Assembly: GCA_964439515.1 (NCBI GenBank)
Contig: CAYTNU010000004.1
Span: 1,832 to 51,952, forward strand
Length of the DNA stretch: 50,121 nt
Reading direction: 5' to 3'
Source of the DNA: an uncultured Candidatus Saccharibacteria bacterium
GTDB lineage: Bacteria > Patescibacteriota > Minisyncoccia > Portnoybacterales > UBA2143
Both the position numbers and the translations under genes were made by a program. The notes under the pieces are model-generated. The model had not been told where the DNA came from, searched no databases, and was given only the letters and a program-made list of their open reading frames with translations. Positions within the stretch are counted from its first letter, which is position 1; every line of letters starts with the position of its first letter. Positions 47,315 to 50,121 of the stretch are shown here, piece after piece.

Positions 47315-49426
47315 ATGTCTAAAATAAAATTAAAATTTATTAAAATAAAAAAGAGAAATGGAGAAATGGTTGACTTTAATCAACCTAAAATTACCGAAGC
47401 AATTTTTAAGGCCCTAACTGTTACTAAAAAAGGCAATAAAAAAATTGCGCAGAAATTATCAGATGAAGTCGTTTCTCTTTTAAATAGAAGATTTAAAAGT
47501 AATGAGATTCCTTGTGTGGAAGATATTCAAGATATTGTTGAAGAAATTTTAATTTATAATGATTATGCTGAAACAGCTAAGTCCTATATTCTATACAGAG
47601 AACAGCGTAGACGCATTAGAGAAGCAACTACAACTATTGATGAATCAGTTGATGCAGTTGATCAGTACATTCAAGAAAATGATTGGGAAATAAAAGAGAA
47701 TGCGAATATGTCCTATTCTTTACAAGGATTAAATCATTATATCGTTTCAAAAGTTGCTAAGAAATATTGGCTTAATAAAATATATCCAAAAGAGATTAGA
47801 GATGCTATTGAAAATGGTATTTTTCATATTCACGATTTAGATAGTTTAAGTTGTTACTGTATGGGCTGGGATCTTTATGATCTTTTATTAAAAGGATTCG
47901 GTGGGGTTAAAGGTAAAGTCGAAACTAAACCAGCAAAGCATTTTAAAGTTGCATTAGGTCAGTTAGTTAATTTCTTTTATACCCTTCAAGGAGAAGCAGC
48001 TGGAGCTGAAGCAGTTAGTAATTTTGATACTTTATTAGCGCCTTTTATTAGACGCGATAATTTAAATTATAATCAAGTTAAACAATCAATGCAGGAGTTT
48101 TTATTTAATTGCTCTGTTCCAACTCGTGTAGGATTTCAAACTCCATTTATTAATGTTAGTTTAGATATTGTCCCTTCACCAAGCTTTGCTAAACAACCTA
48201 TAATTATTGGTGGCAAAATACAAAAAGAAACCTATGGAGAGTTTCAAGAAGAGATGAATATGCTTAACAAAGCATTTTATGAATGTTTAATGGAAGGAGA
48301 TAGAAATGGCCGTCCATTTACATTCCCTATTCCAACAGTTTCAATAACTGATGATTTTGATTGGGATAATCCATCATTAGAACCAATGTGGCAAGCGACA
48401 ATTAAATATGGTGTTAATTATTTTTCAAATTTTATTCATTCAGATATGAATCCAGAAGATGTTCGTTCTATGTGTTGTCGACTTAGGTTAAATAATAAAG
48501 AACTTTTAAAAAGAGGTGGTGGATTATTTGGAGCTAACCCATTAACAGGATCAATTGGAGTAGTAACAATTAATTTACCTCAAATTGGCTATTTGTCTAA
48601 AACTAGAAAAGAATTTTTTAATAGATTAATTAATGCAATGGATTTAGCTAAAGAATCATTAGAAATCAAAAGAAAGATTTTAGAAAACTTTATAGAAAAC
48701 GGATTATTTCCTTATTCAAAATATTATTTAGATGGTGTGCATAAAATGAGAGGTGACTATTTTGGTAACCATTTTTCTACAATTGGATTAATTGGAATGA
48801 ATGAATCTTTATTGAATTTTATGGGAAAAGATATTGGTTCTTTGCAAGGCAGAAAATTTACTTTTGAAGTTTTGGATTTAATGAGAGAGCAATTAATTAA
48901 ATATCAAAAAGAGACTGGTAGTCTTTATAATCTTGAAGCAACTCCAGCAGAAGGAACTAGTTATCGCTTAGCTATAAAGGATAGAGAAATATATCCAGAC
49001 ATAATTACAGCTGGAACAAAGAAAGTGCCATATTATACAAATTCTACCCAATTGCCTGTTAATTATACTGATGATATTTTTGAGGCATTAAAGTTACAAG
49101 ATAAAATTCAAAGCAAATATACAGGAGGTGTTGTTCTTCATCTATTTTTAGGAGAACGTGTTTCCGATATAGAAACTATTAAAAATTTACTTAAGAAGAT
49201 TTTTGAAAAATTTAGTTTGCCCTATCTCACATTTACGCCAACTTTTTCAATTTGTCCAAATCATGGCTATATTCCTGGTGAACATTTTAAATGTCCTAAA
49301 TGTTTAGTTGATCAACCATGCGAAGTTTATTCGCGAGTAGTTGGATATATTCAACCGGTTCAACAATGGAACGTTGGCAAAAAAGAAGAATTTAAAGAAA
49401 GAAAAATATTTAAATTAAAAAAGTAA
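47315..49426 (+). CDS. nrdD: Anaerobic ribonucleoside-triphosphate reductase (class III) with N-terminal ATP-cone
   Basis: ATP-cone IKKRNGEMVDFNQPKITEAI. C-terminal zinc ribbon CPNHG...CPKC and glycyl-radical motif SRVVGY. Confidence 0.93.
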   Translation: MSKIKLKFIKIKKRNGEMVDFNQPKITEAIFKALTVTKKGNKKIAQKLSDEVVSLLNRRFKSNEIPCVEDIQDIVEEILIYNDYAETAKSYILYREQRRRIREATTTIDESVDAVDQYIQENDWEIKENANMSYSLQGLNHYIVSKVAKKYWLNKIYPKEIRDAIENGIFHIHDLDSLSCYCMGWDLYDLLLKGFGGVKGKVETKPAKHFKVALGQLVNFFYTLQGEAAGAEAVSNFDTLLAPFIRRDNLNYNQVKQSMQEFLFNCSVPTRVGFQTPFINVSLDIVPSPSFAKQPIIIGGKIQKETYGEFQEEMNMLNKAFYECLMEGDRNGRPFTFPIPTVSITDDFDWDNPSLEPMWQATIKYGVNYFSNFIHSDMNPEDVRSMCCRLRLNNKELLKRGGGLFGANPLTGSIGVVTINLPQIGYLSKTRKEFFNRLINAMDLAKESLEIKRKILENFIENGLFPYSKYYLDGVHKMRGDYFGNHFSTIGLIGMNESLLNFMGKDIGSLQGRKFTFEVLDLMREQLIKYQKETGSLYNLEATPAEGTSYRLAIKDREIYPDIITAGTKKVPYYTNSTQLPVNYTDDIFEALKLQDKIQSKYTGGVVLHLFLGERVSDIETIKNLLKKIFEKFSLPYLTFTPTFSICPNHGYIPGEHFKCPKCLVDQPCEVYSRVVGYIQPVQQWNVGKKEEFKERKIFKLKK

Positions 49427-50121
49427 TGTTGATTGGCGGTTTTCAAAAATCAACCTTAATTGATTATCCAAGGAAAATAGCAACTACTATTTTTACTTCA
49501 GGCTGCAATTTTAATTGTCCTTTTTGTCATAATCCAGAATTAGTTGATGCAAAACAGATTAAAGAACATCCCATAATAGAAGAGGAGGTTTTTTTTAATT
49601 TTTTAAAATCACGAAAAGGTCTTTTAGATGGAGTTTGTATAACTGGTGGAGAACCAACTATTCAGCCAGATTTAATTGATTTTATTAAAAAAATAAAGCA
49701 ATTAGGATTTTTAGTTAAGTTGGATACCAATGGTAGTAATCCGGAAATGTTAAAAGAGCTTTTTCAACATAACCTTTTAGATTTTTTGGCGATGGATATT
49801 AAATCTTCTATAAAGAAATACCAAGAAGCGATTGGTCAACAAACCAATTTAAAGAACATTCAAAAAAGCATTGATTTAATTAAAAAAAATAAAATAAAAT
49901 ATGAATTTAGAACTACAATAGTGCCTGGATTAATTGATAAAAAAGAAATTAAAAAAATTGGTCAATGGCTTAATGGTTCAAAAATGTTTGCTTTACAGCA
50001 ATTTAGAACAGAAAAAACTTTAGATAAATCTTGGGAAAAAATTATTCCGTATCCTGATGAAGAATTAAAAGAAATGGCTGAAATTGCTAAACCATATTTT
50101 AATAAAGTAGAAATCCGCGGA
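49426..50121 (+). CDS. nrdG: Anaerobic RNR activating protein (radical SAM), 3' end beyond the window
   Basis: MLIGGFQKSTLIDYPRKIATTIFTSGCNFNCPFCHNPELV (CxxxCxxC), GVCITGGEPT. The ATG overlaps the nrdD stop (TAATG). No stop before base 50121. Confidence 0.9.
   Translation, partial: MLIGGFQKSTLIDYPRKIATTIFTSGCNFNCPFCHNPELVDAKQIKEHPIIEEEVFFNFLKSRKGLLDGVCITGGEPTIQPDLIDFIKKIKQLGFLVKLDTNGSNPEMLKELFQHNLLDFLAMDIKSSIKKYQEAIGQQTNLKNIQKSIDLIKKNKIKYEFRTTIVPGLIDKKEIKKIGQWLNGSKMFALQQFRTEKTLDKSWEKIIPYPDEELKEMAEIAKPYFNKVEIRG

Overview
This window is a gene-dense, AT-rich bacterial chromosome segment. A sampled housekeeping line has 16 G+C in 60 nt. It uses the standard genetic code: TGA is a stop, for example at the end of tsaE (943-945). 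Almost everything is core information processing: seven aminoacyl-tRNA synthetases (argS, ileS, glyQS, metG, leuS, hisS), infC-rpmI-rplT, rpsU, tmRNA with smpB, tsaE/tsaC, rsmI, ybeY and pth. It also carries holA, a stand-alone 5'-3' exonuclease, recO, dprA-topA, parAB, ftsAZ, lepB, nrdDG and a short Rel/SpoT. There are no biosynthetic operons. Together with a PilB-like ATPase, an LCP protein and an anaerobic RNR, this looks like a reduced-genome Patescibacteria/CPR-type organism, which is my inference and not a search result. I found no CRISPR array, transposase, integrase or recognisable defence system. Six things deserve a second look. (1) Operon-head start codons repeatedly sit only 6-10 nt downstream of sigma70-like -10 boxes with no Shine-Dalgarno (SD) sequence, which suggests leaderless mRNAs, and some divergent promoters are interleaved. 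(2) Four single-gene cassettes have higher GC, their own promoter or SD, and in three cases their own hairpin or terminator. The most striking is an intact plant-type class II ketol-acid reductoisomerase next to tRNA-Leu(CAA), with clearly foreign codon usage. (3) The ArgRS HIGH signature reads TVGN. (4) A five-gene sensory module has a kinase-less membrane sensor, a V4R-like protein, a soluble PAS kinase and two output-less receivers. (5) ssrA is wedged 18 nt upstream of an AUU-initiated infC. (6) Rel stops right after the TGS domain. The rest of the window is ordinary.
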